A stretch of 64,000 nucleotides of DNA from Tubiluchus corallicola (Eukaryota; Animalia; Priapulida). The stretch lies in the NCBI GenBank assembly GCA_030141605.1, contig JAQGDQ010000312.1:145445-209444 (forward strand), in the 5' to 3' direction. The stretch's first letter is position 1. The number at the start of each line of letters is the position of its first letter. Positions 13,001 through 26,712 of the stretch are shown here, piece by piece. A model generated the notes under the pieces. That model was not told the origin of the DNA and ran no database searches. It worked only from the letters and a program-made list of their open reading frames with translations. The position numbers and the translations under genes were made by a program.

Positions 13001-16000
13001 GATTATTCATAAAAGCTGTTGTTTAGAATTTGATAAAAGACTCAGTTTGTCGTTTTCACAGGCTGTAGTGTCACTAGTGTATTGTACGATGTTGATGAGT
13101 GACTCAATCTGTTTTGTTACAAACATTGTCTAACTCATACTTTCGCATAACTCAAGCAAATTTTCAGGTCCCGAGGAGATCGAGTTTTACATAGTTTACT
13201 GTAACAGTGCTTCACTGACTACAACTATACCTTTTGTTGTGCAGCTTTGATCTCTTTGGAAACAGGTGTTATGACAGGGGAGCCACCGTCGTCCTCCATA
13301 CTGAATATTCTCAAGGACTTCAGGTCTACCTTTGTAAAAAAATAATTCATTTTTTACAAAACCTTACTACATAATTTCAATACTACAATACACTACAACA
13401 ATATTAAACTACTACAATCATACCACGAACGCGAATTAGATTTTTCTTATTTACGCCACCATGTCACAAAGGTGGCATGGAATTTGTTAGTTTTCATTAT
13501 TATTTTGTTAATATATTTTATTTTGACCTTCTAGCTCCTTGTAAAAAGTTGTAATTTTAGATATATGTGGGACAGCAATTAATGGGCAACGAAAAAGCCT
13601 AGTTTATGTTTACTTTTTCGTGGAAAATGTATACGAATTGAATTTGTTGATAGATAAATTCTAGGTGATTATACTGTTCGCTACCAACAGAAAACAAGAA
13701 CGATAAATGTAAAAATATGTGCATAGTAATTCAATGCGTTAAACACATACATTTGAATTTTATGGTATTTACAATGATTGATGTTAGGCAAAAGACAACA
13801 AATTCATGATTAATGGAAATGCTATGATTAAATACAGCTAATGCTACGCTATGAAAGACGTACAGCTAATCCTACGTTATGAAAGACGTACAGTTAATGC
13901 TACGTTATGAAAGATCTACAGCTAAAGCTACGTTATGAAAGATCTACAGCTAATGCTACGTTATGAAAGCTCTACAGCTAATGCTACGTTATGAAAGATC
14001 TACAGCTAATGCTACGTTACGAAAGATCTACAGCTAATGCTACGTTACGAAAGATCTACAGCTAATGTTACGTTATGAAAGATCTACAGCTAATGCTACG
14101 TTATGAAAGCTCTACAGCTAATGCTATGTTATGAATGATCTACAGCTAAAGCCATGTTACAAAAGATCTGCAGCTAATGCTACGTTACGAAAGATCTACA
14201 GCTAATGCTACGTTACGAAAGATCTACAGCTAATGCTACGTTACGAAAGATATACAGCTAATGCTACGTTATGAAAGCTCTACAGCTAATGCTATGTTAT
14301 GAATGATCTACAGCTAAAGCCATGTTACAAAAGATCTGCAGCTAATGCTACGTTACGAAAGATCTACAGCTAATGCTACGTTACGAAAGATATACAGCTA
14401 ATGCTACGTTATGAAAGCTCTACAGCTAATGCTACGTTACGAAAGATCTACAGCTAATGCTACATTACGAAAGATCTACAGCTAATGCTACGTTACGAAA
14501 GATCTACAGCTAATGCTACGTTACGAAAGATCTACAGCTAATGCTACGTTATGAAAGATCTACAGCTAATGCTACGTTATGAAAGCTCTACAGCTAATGC
14601 TATGTTATGAATGATCTACAGCTAAAGCCATGTTACAAAAGATCTGCAGCTAATGCTACGTTACGAAAGATCTACAGCTAATGCTACGTTACGAAAGATA
14701 TACAGCTAATGCTACGTTATGAAAGCTCTACAGCTAATGCTACGTTACGAAAGATCTACAGCTAATGCTACATTATGAAAGATCTACAGCTAATGCTACG
14801 TTAAGAAAGATCTACAGCTAATGCTACATTACGAAAGATATACAGCTAAAGCCACGTTACGAAAGATCTACAGCTAATGCTACGTTACGAAAGATCTACA
14901 GCTAATGCTACGTTACGAAAGATCTACAGCTAATGCTACGTTACGAAAGATCTACAGCTAAAGCCACGTTACGAAAGATCTACAGCTAATGCTACGTTAC
15001 GAAAGATCTACAGCTAATGCTACGTTACGAAAGATATACAGCTAATGCTACGTTATGAAAGCTCTACAGCTAATGCTACGAAAGATATACAGCTAATGCT
15101 ACGTTATGAAAGCTCTACAGCTAATGCTACGTTATGAAAGATATACAGTTAATGCTACGTTATGAAAGATATACAGCTAATGCTACGTTATGAAAGCTCT
15201 ACAGCTAATGCTACGTTACGAAAGATCTACAGCTAATGCTACGTTATGAAAGATCTACAGCTAATGCTACGTTATGAAAGCTCTACAACTAATGCTACGT
15301 TATGAAAGATCTACAGCTAATGCTATGTTACAAAAGATCTACAGCTAATGCTATGTTACGAAAGATAAACATTTAGTCAACATAAACACTGAAAGAAATA
15401 CAGATTCACACATTTCTGTAACAACATAAAACTGGAACTTCATTATGACTGCACCTGCAGTCTTATCCCAGTAATGCGATTCTCAAGGGACCAAAATATT
15501 TTTTCATACTAAGTGGGTTTCGTACTATCCATTACGCATATTTTTATTTCTAATGTAAAAACTCAATTAACAGACTTGTAATCTCTTCATCGGTTTTCTT
15601 TTGAGAGTTTGTGAATTATGAATTTGAATTTATTCCACAGCAATACAAACATACATACAAATTCATATTACAATGAAAAAAAATTATAAACTCAACGAGT
15701 TACTGTGAGGAGGAGGAAGGAGCATTCGAGTCCTCCTATAGATAAGTGAAACAATTGACAATTAACATTACATAGTATTTTCATCAGTTATAACGTACAT
15801 TAGAACAAAATAAGTTTTGTTAGTAACTTAAGATCAGGATGAGTAAAATTGTGAGTTAATTATACGGTTGCAGTAGGTAATTCTTTGATGCTTTTTTAAA
15901 TTGATAAAGATTAAGAGTTTTCATTTCATGCGGAATTGATGACCATATTTTAATAGCATTATATTTTGATCTGTTTAACCCCCTTTTCGCATAAGTACAA

Positions 16001-19000
16001 ACTGCAAAATTATATCAACGTATTACGCAGTCGGTTGCTCTGGTTAGTCAAAACTGTAATTAAAGTCTGCAAGCAAAAGGTTAGCGGTGCAAGAGATTTA
16101 TACGCGGGAGTTTAAATTTACATGTTTTATACAGCGTGACTGCCGATTGAAGTCCAACGTGCAAAAAGGCAGTATGTAAGTGGTATAAAATTCCAAAACG
16201 AATTTTTCAAGCTTTATGTTTATGAAGGGTTTTCTTGTGCTTTAAGCTTAATCTAAGACATGCTAACAAATTGCAAGGAAAAGTGCAATTCTTGAGATAT
16301 TACTTATACAACTATGCATACCTTGTCATCTAGTTTCAATTTCGTAACATTTGACCCGGCTAACACTTTATACATGGGGGTCAGATCAGCGGCATACCGG
16401 CACATTGGTCCGGTCACAAGGAAATAGACTTGTTTATCGGTAGCATTAGGAAACTGACCTTCATTGGACACAATACCTAAGAAAAACAGAAGAAAATCTC
16501 ACTAAGAGCAATAGATGAGCGGTCAAGAAATTTGAAATAAGAGAATAAAAAACCATAAAGTTTCAAATACGTAACTTTGATTACCTGTCCACGGGGATTA
16601 AAGGAAAAGTCAACATTTTATAACAAACAAAGATCAATTTGCAATAGCTAGACTTACGTGACTTTGCTAAAATTGAAAACAGGAAACTGCGAGAGATAAA
16701 CAAAATGCTGTAAAAAAATGAAGCTACCTGTTGTTGGTTTGTGTCCAAATATTCCGTTAAAGAAACACGGCATGCGTATGCTCCCTCCGATGTCAGACCC
16801 GATGCCGATGACCGAACCTGCGGCAGATATAAGACAACCTTCTCCACCTAACAAATGAAAAACATGTAAGGATTTCATCAGTAAAAATGCATCACGCTGT
16901 ATCACTTGTCACACATGTATCACACGATATGTTAAATAGGGCTTTAAAACTTGGGAGTAATGCCTAAAATAAACTTTAAACATTGAAGGAAGATTACCCA
17001 TGTTACCAGAAATTCTGCTGACAAAGTTTTCAAGAAACAAGCATAAAAACACGACACACTCATTTACCAGCGTAAGAAGATTTCCCATGTTACCAGAACT
17101 TCTGCTGACAAATTTCTCAAGGAAAAAAGCATAAAAACACGACATACTCATTTACCAGCATAAGAAGATTACCCATGTTACCAGAACTTCTGCTGACAAA
17201 TTTCTCAAGAAACAAAGCATAAAAACACGACACACTCTTTTGCCAGCATAAGAAGGTTACCAATATATTTACCAGAACTTCCGCCGACTATTCGACGATG
17301 ATCGTAAGCATTACACGTGCGACCGTACACATTATTACTGGACTCCCACCACATGCACAACTCGCTAACGTTAGTGCACGCAATGGGGATCCCTCCGGCA
17401 CGCCTCATCAATGATACCGAATCGGCGTCCTGTGGTGAGATAAAGTTCTTTCTCCAGATCAAACCGCCCGTGTTTGGTAAACCTGCACGCATCAAAAAAT
17501 AAACACGGCATTAGATTGCCAACTATGGTCTGTTAATGAATAGAAACTAGTGACAAGCGTAGGGGGGGGGTCTTGTAACAAATCAACAGCTGCTCATATA
17601 GCTATCGCACTAAGTACAGCGAAGGAATGCAAAGCAACATTATAGGGACGTCAGCTGGCATAAAGCACTTCAAAGAAAATGTAGAGTCAAACAGCATTAC
17701 AAAGTTAAACACATACTGCCAAGGAAGGACAAACTAAAACACAAGAAAACAATCCTCATTTATAAAGCTTGAAAAATTTGTCTTGAATTCAAGATAACAT
17801 ACAGAACTTCGACATCTTTAGTTGATCATTCTTCTGTTTTTTGTTTTTGCCTGATACTGAAGTTAATGCTCAAATTATGCATTTTCTGTTATGTTAAAAT
17901 TTTAACTTATTTTTATGTTGTTTGCTTCGCATGATTCACAGTAGTTTAGAAATGTGAATTTTTGGTTATTTAAATCATAAAGTTCTACAGTATTACGTTT
18001 CCCATCATTTAATTGCCAATTACACACGTCAACAGAATTCAAATTTAAATGGAGAATGGTGCCAAAATTTATTTTATGTAATCCTAGCTATTTAAGGGTG
18101 GCTGACTAGATAACCTACGGGTTCTTCGCTGCGCTTCTTCTTTGCTTCAAACATATTGCATGTATTCCCGATAATGTATTTTGATAATTCTTGCGGAGTT
18201 AATAAATAAATTGAAATGAATTGATTGAATTGAACTTGTGTTAGCAGAATTGCTGTATAAAACTTGTAAACTTAAATTAACGAGTCTATTAAATTGCATC
18301 TACTGTGTTAGTAAATTTCAGTTATAAATGTGCATTAATAGGGTTGCCAGATTAGAAAATTAGGAATATGTGACACTCTTAAAATCTCTCACACTATATA
18401 GACCATTAGATATACCAGTCAGTAAATATGTCAGATTTATAGAAACAAGTGCGTTAGCTCTTCTACTTGGAAGAGGTTGCAAATCGTTTAAATACAGGAT
18501 AGGTATAACTGATTCAGATTTGTGTGTTTGCGGTTTGGGCAGTCAAACCCCAGAACATTTAATTTTTCATTGTCCGTTACCATTGGTTAGACAAGATATA
18601 AGAGTGAATCTCGAACGCAGCTTAGAAAATAATGACATTCGAAACATTTACAGAAAGACAGACACTAATGTAATTAAAATGTATATAGATATTGTAAAAG
18701 AACTAACCCAAAATGATTATACATTGATCATAAATATTGGATATATATTTAGAATAAGTAAATCGTAATGCAAAATTGTCAGCTTGTTTAGTAAGAAATT
18801 TATTTAATGTGCATAGTGTATAGACTTATTTAACATTTTTGTACTTTTGTGCCCTGCAAATAGAGGGCTTATTGTATAATTTTCAATAAAGATTTTTAAT
18901 AATAATAATAATCTCTCACTATACATATATGTATAGATATAAATTTATACATGCCTAAAAGCTAGACCAACATATTATATAAAAGTCGAGACGTAAGTTA

Positions 19001-22000
19001 AAAACATAAAGCAAAAAATGCTAACGGGTTATGAGGAAAAGAAAAGTAAAATTATTTTCAAATTCTTAAGTGCACAGAGTCTATTAAGCGGTGCATACTG
19101 TACAATGATTAACTGCTTGAAAATGATGAAATGCATTTCAAGAATCACTGAAAGAATGAATCAGCATTATTATAATACTGAAATGATAAATCAAGCATTT
19201 GTAATGTACAGTCATCAAACCGATAACCCTTAAGTACAACTGCAGTGTCTAATCAAATACGGAATATCTAAGTTGTCCGCACCTTGTTTAAGCATTTTAC
19301 GCTGAGCAAAGTTTAACTTCTGTAGGTCACTGTCAAAAAGTACCAGTCTGCCTAGTACGCACTTGCTTCTAGATAGATATTTACAAGGTTAGTGGCAAAT
19401 ATTACATCAGACTACATACGCTGTACGGCACCTTATACACAGGTACATGTAGTCGTCAAGTTACGACCACAATTGGTTCTGGAGGATAGGTGGTAAATCA
19501 TCTTGGGCGCAAGTCGGACCTGTGTATTTAGCGATTTTAGCGTATGTTCAAGCGGTGTGCCCCTACATGCAACACAACGCACGCTAAGTATGCCAGTGCC
19601 TACGATGAATTTACCCTAACAGACAGAGATTAAACTAAAGCACAAGAAAACCCAAAACTTACTTAAAGCTTTAAAAATTCATCTTGAAATTTTATATCGC
19701 TTACGTCATGCATGTTTGCATATCAGACTTGCGTCAGCAATAACACTGTATAAAACAATGCAAATTTAAACTCCCGTGATGACCGTTAGACAAAGCCATT
19801 TTGACGATAAGTCATAGTTTTGAAACTAGTTAAGATAACATTGTGTAAAGTTTGAAAAAATAATCAGGGCATTCGTGGTGCACACGTCACGAACTAAATA
19901 ACATTTAAAAAATACTGTATCTTGTCGATAAGATTATTAGTGAGTGGCGCACCCTGGAGGGAGAGTCAGCGATATTTTACCAATTGGTGAAAGCATTTCA
20001 AATAAATAATAATTTTCTTTTCCAGTTACATAAGTCTTTCATGCAGGTAAGCGAAAAGCTAAGTAATATAGATTTGCATGGAAAGTTTTTTGCGTCATAG
20101 TTTAACATTTACTTTTCTTCCCTTGATTTACGTTGCGTAGTGACGTCATGTAATGCGCAGCCGGAACAGTATTGCGGGAGATTTAAAATGAAAGCAAACA
20201 AAAATTCCCTTCAACTCGAATACGATATACGCATGAAATTGTTATAAAGTAATAAAAAATTTTAAGGCGATTTTTCTGAAACCTACTTCAGGCACTTTCC
20301 TTTCCTTGTCCTTTAAGTTAATTTATTTAAAAAATAAAAGTTATAACCGGTTGCATATAATTAATTAACTAAATTGCGCTCGGGTCGTAAAGTCAAACAG
20401 TTATAAGTCACTCCAGGTTCTCAGTCCAGGCGTATTAACCAATAGGCTAACTAGGCGTCACATTTTAGAAAAATTCTTACTCTCCTCGAAAAATACTTTC
20501 ATATTTATGTACATTGTGCATTTCCTAACACACCTCAGGCAGTTACGGAGCACAGCTTTTATATACGTGCCACATAACAAACAGGTGCAAGGTATTACAC
20601 AACATGCAGCTGCGCAGCTTAACTGATTATAAGCGCTATGCAAATATAGTCATACCTCAGTTTTCGACCGTAATTCGTTGCTAAAAAGTGTTTGAAAACC
20701 AATTTGGTTGAGTACCGAATCATTTATTCCCATAAGAAATAATGTAAATGCAAATAATCTATTCTCAAGCATCAAATGAACTGTAAACTATTACTAAAAT
20801 GAAATAGAATAATGCAAAAATGCTTATTCAAACAGTAGATATGACATAATTGATAAGAAAAACATAATAGAATTACTTAGAAAGAAATACATAATTATTC
20901 CGGCATGAAAAAACCTTACGTGTTGATAGCAGTGTGATAGTATATGTAAGCAAGAGCAGAAACACGTGTATGACTACTCTCGGGCGCAGTCGGTTACGCT
21001 CGGCTCTACTCGGCTCGCCGCGCATGCGTTCATCAGGTGCTTGGCGGTTGGTCGAGTACCGAAATTCTGGTCAAAAACGGACACAATTTTAGCTTGAACT
21101 TTTTGGTCGAAAACCGATTTGTAGGAGTGCTGAGACGTTCGACAACGGAAGTATGACTGTACATATAATTATAATGACCATGTAGAAACTAGGTTAGTAG
21201 TGTTTCTGATACGCCACAAATAATTGCTTAATATGTTCATTACATAAATACCCATAAATTGACAACAAAGAAGGGCGGGACAAAACTGTCAGTCTAAGGC
21301 ATTGTAAAGTTTCGATACGCCCCTGTGCAAGTCGACTATTACTTATAAGACATAAATCATTGCACAGCGCAAGACATTAAGAGTTTCCATAGGATAGTGA
21401 AGTATACTAAGTATTCTAAGGCTTTTTGGTATACTACACCCAATTTCCATCAAACTAGTCCAGAATGTGAAGCATTGTGTTACTCAGTTTTTCAGTTTTT
21501 TCTACCCAACTGCCACAATATATCATTTAGAACAGCACTTATCATAGTCAAAAACTCTGTTATTCTTTGGTGAAAGTTTGGAATGCAGTGTAGCCCCATT
21601 GCGACGTCACAGCATAAAATTTGACAGAAAAACTTATTACATGAGCAACAACGAGAACAAAAAACACACTGACATCACAGCAAAATAGACTGCATTATAG
21701 AGTTACTTTGCAAAACTCTACATGCACTCAACATATATACAAAAACAAAAGCAGCAAGTAAAATAACAACAGAAAACTTAATAAATGAACGAAACCTCTT
21801 ATCATCATGGCTTCTTTAGCAGAGAACGGCACACCGACAAACGGGGCCGATTCTGCGGTGAATTTTTGATCCGGATCGCCGGCATCTAGGATCTCGTCTA
21901 TTTCTTCGGCTTCGCGTAAAGCTTCGTTGAATCTCTCGGCAGTAACGGCATTCAACACGTGATTTATCTGTTTGTTACGAGTGATGTAGGCTTGAACCAC

Positions 22001-23966
22001 GTCACGACTCTTTAACTGAAATAAATCGCATCAGCGCGTTATAGCAATCTTCACTTACGCAAATGTGCCCGACGTGCAGGGAAGATGTCTACCATTGCAT
22101 GAATTGTGGTCAGTTTGTGATGTAAACGATAGCTGTGTTCGGTTGCCGTTAAATAACTTTGTAAGCTAATTATTCAAATATAAGGAACAATTGTTAACTT
22201 TTATAGGCAAGAAAATGTATATTTTGGAAAGTAAATTAAAATGAGATTGAGTCTAAACAATCGGCCGGACTTCCTTTAACCCTTTCATACCCGTTGTATC
22301 CCGTGGGATACAAGAATATTTTCTGCCTTTAAAATTAATAAAATTTTAAAACTGACAGTTATTTGATCTGTTAATAGTTATTTTGATTTAAGCCAATAAC
22401 AATAGACTAAAAATGGTAATAAAATGGCAAACTAGAAAATCTACATAGCATAAAAAACTGAGCAACTTACAGTACTTTAGAGACACTTTGTACAGATCAG
22501 CATAGCGTGCATACTAAATGTCTTAAATACTTTAAAAAATTATTAGCAGTTGCAAAATGAAGCACATTTTTTGCTTTTGTTGTGTTTTTAAAAAAGTCGG
22601 ACTTTGTTTTTTTGCACATGACAAAGAATGTTGTGCATCCCACAGGATACATTGGGAACAAGCTGTTGTAATTCATTTTCATATTAATAGACACAGGAAT
22701 GCACTGTTGTGCAAAAACTGTTTTGTTGCTACATTCAATAATGCAATGATATGCAAACACCTCTTTGCAAGTCCAGTACTTAGCTTTTTGTTTAGTAAAG
22801 TATGTTGATACTACTACATTACTGTGTAAACAATTCCACTCTTGAGTCAATCGATGAAATACCTCACGCTTCCTAATGCGAGCAGCAAGTTCCGAAGCTG
22901 GTAAAAGCAACGCTGTGTCTTCAATTGGAGGAATGGACTGCTTCGGCGTATTTCTGTACAGGAACTTAAACACATATCTAAAACATAAGAAACATAATCT
23001 AACTAGACAAACACTGATCCCATTCAATTTACTGACTTGTGAATCTTTTTGGAACAAACATGAAATCCATGTGGTAGCATGTGGAAGCCGCAAACAAATT
23101 TATACGAACAATAATCTAGCATTCAACAGCACAGGTACTGGAACTCAGTTCATGATAACGGATAATACTCTAAGATAAAACACTGTGCCGGCAGGGGTAG
23201 CTGATGATGTGAACACACCCTTTGTCAACAAGCAAAACAGCTGATCATATGTTTCGCTACAGCTGAAGCTGTACAGTGTTCTGCTGCTATTCCAGGAAGC
23301 AGGAAAAACCAACCGATCAGTGAAGAAGAAATTAAGATCGTTTCATCTTTTAACAGGAGTTTCTCCTTAAAAATATATTATACTTGAGGCCAAAGTTTAT
23401 CAGAGTGTTGTGTCTGGATAGTTGAAATTTTCTGCATTAGCCGATTTCACACAAGTGATACTGTACTTTGTTTCAGTGCAAACACTGCAGTCACTGAAAG
23501 CTTTTTTTCAATTTCTTCCTCAAAACTTGATTTTTAATTTGTACCAAGTTAAGCAAATGCATTTCCTACATAACTTTGCATAAAAATCCATTGTGTGAGT
23601 AGTAGAAACCTACAAAATTATCAAATATAACATAATCGCTGCTTAGTAAGAGCAGTTTTTCATGAACCCATGCAAAATGCAGGGAACGCTTACGGTCCTG
23701 AAGAAGTTAATAAGGCATGACATCGGCACAAACGAACCGCAAGCTGACACAGTCTGGAAAATTCAAACTTTGCAAGCTAAACTGACAAAACTGAACTTGA
23801 AATACAGGCACCAAACAATCAATCTACACTTAAAACCAATTTAAAACGAAACGCACAACTGTTACCTGGAAAAATGTTCACAGACGAACCTCCCAAAAAT
23901 GACCAGGTATTTCAGTATGAACCTGGCGACTGTAACAGTCAAAGGTTTACTGGTTGTCGTAGACAT
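9606..23966 (-). CDS. FAAH2: Fatty-acid amide hydrolase 2-like amidase, complete, 9 coding exons, 533 aa
   Basis: Minus-strand exons 23966-23866, 22977-22863, 22015-21796, 17482-17273, 16847-16728, 16476-16322, 13329-13231, 11166-11023 and 10043-9606 total 1602 nt, all GT-AG and phase-consistent. Amidase signature with Lys (GVPFSAKE), GGSSGGEG and GSDIGGSIRMP (Lys-cisSer-Ser triad); C-terminal GLPIGIQVV...D..C. Confidence 0.93.
10146..10442. mobile_element. MITE family B copy
   Basis: ta-cagtcaacctc ... gaggttgactg-ta. Confidence 0.82.
11023..11166 (-). CDS. FAAH2: FAAH2 coding exon 8
   Basis: VAKHLKEVVG...KYSLQIWAAMM...EMSPDQ, gtaagt donor. Confidence 0.9.
11505..12036. repeat. 43-bp minisatellite, about 12 copies
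   Basis: aaataataaactaagattgttaattttatagtgaaataatgtc; period 43 counted. Confidence 0.95.
12264..12774. mobile_element. Tigger/pogo-like MITE
   Basis: ta-cagtgttccctcgc ... gtgagggaacactg-ta. Confidence 0.85.
12780..13201. mobile_element. MITE family D fragment
   Basis: Homologous to 31835-32260 and, inverted, to 30670-31050. Confidence 0.8.
13231..13329 (-). CDS. FAAH2: FAAH2 coding exon 7
   Basis: VDLKSLRIFSMEDDGGSPVITPVSKEIKAAQQK, 99 nt, phase 0-0. Confidence 0.9.
13833..15367. repeat. 28-bp minisatellite, about 55 copies, with higher-order variant blocks
   Basis: tacagctaatgctacgttaygaaagatc; period 28 counted. Confidence 0.97.
16322..16476 (-). CDS. FAAH2: FAAH2 coding exon 6
   Basis: GIVSNEGQFP...TGPMCRYAADLTPMYKVLAG...LKLDDK; not in ORF track, read manually. 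Confidence 0.92.
16728..16847 (-). CDS. FAAH2: FAAH2 coding exon 5 (Ser nucleophile)
   Basis: GGEGCLISAAGSVIGIGSDIGGSIRMPCFFNGIFGHKPTTG. Confidence 0.95.
16989..17290. repeat. About 88-bp tandem repeat overlapping the FAAH2 exon 4 donor
   Basis: ttaccagaa at 17003, 17090, 17178 and at the true junction 17269. Confidence 0.8.
17273..17482 (-). CDS. FAAH2: FAAH2 coding exon 4
   Basis: GLPNTGG...TNVSELCMWWESSNNVYGRTCNAYDHRRIVGGSSG. Confidence 0.94.
18395..18912 (+). mobile_element. 5'-truncated non-LTR retrotransposon 3' end (CxCG...HxxxxC knuckle, AATAAA, (TAA)n tail)
   Basis: LLLGRG...CVCGLGSQTPEHLIFHCP; (aat)n tail at about 18898-18912; flanking aatctctcac duplicated (about 18383 and 18910). 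Confidence 0.75.
19625..20317. mobile_element. Kolobok-like non-autonomous element fragment
   Basis: Ends gtcctttaa; internal blocks shared with about 17720-17790 and 52005-52400. Confidence 0.55.
20647..21159. mobile_element. Tigger/pogo-like MITE
   Basis: agtcatacctc ... gaagtatgactg-ta. Confidence 0.75.
21796..22015 (-). CDS. FAAH2: FAAH2 coding exon 3 (catalytic Lys)
   Basis: LKSRDVVQAYITR...APFVGVPFSAKEAMMIRG. Confidence 0.93.
22863..22977 (-). CDS. FAAH2: FAAH2 coding exon 2
   Basis: YVFKFLYRNTPKQSIPPIEDTALLLPASELAARIRKRE, GT-AG. Confidence 0.9.
23866..23966 (-). CDS. FAAH2: FAAH2 first coding exon (MSTTTSKPLTVTVARFILKYLVIFGRFVCEHFSR)
   Basis: ATG at 23966, hydrophobic N-terminus, gtaac donor; phase 2 matches next exon; preceded by acceptor ttttttctag (exon start 24015). 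Confidence 0.75.
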
Positions 23967-26712
23967 ACCTGGTTGTAAAGACTTCGCAGAACTTGTCACA
24001 ACAAAGAGCGACCAACTAGAAAAAATCTGGACTTAACAAAAGCGTAATTTATAATTTTCTGCACAAATCACTAGAAAAAAAATGTGTATTTCTTACATGT
24101 AGTGCATTTTCACAAAGACAATACAAAAAGAGACAGTACAGTATAAAGTTAGTATGAGATATCTAGCGATATGGAAAAAAACAATCAACATACAATAAAT
24201 TAAGTACATAAAAAAGGTTGAAGGTTATATATACAAGTGCAAAAAATATAGGTAAATACAGGTAAAAATTAATACTAAAAAAACAGTAATCGTACATTCT
24301 ATACATATAAAATTCAAGAAAAAGTTATGATACAGCTACGTATGCTAACAGGTTACATAGATCTTCCCTTTCCGGTAATGTGTGCTTATATACATAAGGA
24401 AACGACAGCCTATATAAATCTACATAAATCTAAAATAAAATTTCAATGCATGACTGACATCTTTCAGTAAATGATTAATGGAAAAAAGTTTAGAAAATTC
24501 TACATATTGCTGATCAAGGGAACGCTGTAAATTATACTTGATGAGCTGTATCTTGAAAATGACTTATGCTATTAGTATTACAACAACCATCTGAAACAAA
24601 AAGTGTGGCCATTTGAGATAAAGACTATAGAATCTACAGCTTCAGAAAAACAGAATTGCACTTGTTATTATAAATTATAAAGCGCTAAAATCGACTTAGC
24701 TTAGTGATCACACTTACGATCACAATACTGAAACCTATACCAGGTTATTCACAATCACGTGCAATGTGCAAATTGCAAAGCTAAGAAGTGTTCAGTGCGA
24801 GCAATGTGACAAATCTTGGTTCTAGCTATCTTGAAAACAAATTCATGGTCTACGTCTTACTTACACAGCTTGGATAAAGAGAAACTCAGTTTGGTTGGTG
24901 TTATTACTTTGCAAATCATACAATCAGTTTACTGCAAATTAATCTTATAATTATAATTGGAATTAGGTTATGTAATTATATGCGTACAGGACGCAAAGTA
25001 TTAGGTAAAAAGCACAAAATTCAACAAATGCATGCTGCACAGGCTCTTGTTAAAAATTGTTAGGTGAGACTTTTTACGATAATGATCATCTTCTTAAACT
25101 TTAATTGCAGTTTGCACACTGCAAACACAGGACACAGCTGGGCTCTCTCAATGAGACGTTTATGCAATGGCTGTAGCCTCCTCATTAGATCATTATGATA
25201 GAACATTTAAACATACATACATCTATCATCTAGGAATATAAAAATAGATGCACCTTGGTATATTGATTTTATGTAATGCTGCAAAACTGGTTAAAACCTT
25301 CCAATCATATGATTAAAAAACCAAGAATTACGGTGCTACTATAATCATGAGATATTGTTTATTTCTTGTAAACCAAAGTTCTTATAAATAAGAAATCCAA
25401 AGTTCTTGTAAATAAAAATGTACATGGAGATCGTAAGAACTTGGTTTTAGCATTGGTATACATAAGCCATGTGTATAAGACACACCAAGAATTCTAGACT
25501 GACCTTGCCAACACAGGACTGGTTACAGAGGTACAGTTTTGTTCAAATATTGGACATAAAAATAAAACCAATTACTCTTAATAACTACTTTTGTATGTTA
25601 GCATAATAACCATGCTACACAAAATAAACTGTCTAATACGTAAATCTCTGCGTATTCTGATGCACGGCATGTCACAAGTGCCTTAATTACATAGCTTCTA
25701 ATCGACCAGCACAAGGTAGGCATGTTTACTGACTTATTTTAGTTTTCCATTACACTTTCATTACAGACAGAAACATTACCATTTTAGTGTTTTAATATGC
25801 CACTCAATAATTAACATTCATTAGCATCAGGATTAATTATTATAATTACATGAAACACTTATCTTATAGTATGTCAACAAAAGGCTCAAATTAAGATTGA
25901 AAAATCAACTGCAATCCGCAGTGCACATTTCCCGTGAAAGTTTCTAAACTGAATTATGTACAGTAATAATACAACAAGTCAAATCACTTTTTGTTTGCTA
26001 CAAGTAGTTCTTGCTTGTTTTGCATCAGTATTTGCAATATATACCCGAAACAGGGCAACACTGCACGTAAACCAAAAAGTAATGCTTTTCAAAAATCATA
26101 TGCTATGTTAACCAATTTAAAAACCAACGTAAAACAAACACTTTACAGCAAACCAATTTGGCAGCAGATAGAAAGATGAACTGCACAAATTTAGCTGTGT
26201 TATTAAGTAACATCAAGTAATTACTATTACCGTAATAGTTTTTGCTCGATAACAGTTGCTGCTGGCGGTAAGGATGAGAAAATGAACTTTACACTTTAAA
26301 GCAGGAAGTATAATTTCGAAAAAACATAGACAATTATTATACTTGCCTTATTAGTTATATAAATAACTAAACCATAATAACACAAAAAATAATTAGGACC
26401 CTACAGTTTAAAGCAGCAACACCTCATAAAATGATCATCGTTCCCGCCTTCAACTAAAACCAGAGCTTTTACAAAACTTGCTTGAAAGGTTTTTAATGTT
26501 CTAGTTCTTAATCAAATATCTTCAAATCATGCTCAAATTTGTTAAGCATGCCAAAAAACAGTGTCGCATTATAAATTCTGAATGCTAGTTGTGTAATCAT
26601 CTTTTTCGTAATTAGTATACAATCTCTGCTCATTCTCTGCATTTGAAATGCAACTACAGCAATGAATGTGGACAGGACACACTGCAATATTTGCATACCT
26701 TATTCGGATATA

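Noticed and set aside
13833-15367. CRISPR-like array (28-bp repeats)
   Set aside because: Head-to-tail units with no unique spacers, no cas genes, and a eukaryotic intron context. The same applies to the 43-, 38- and 94-bp arrays.
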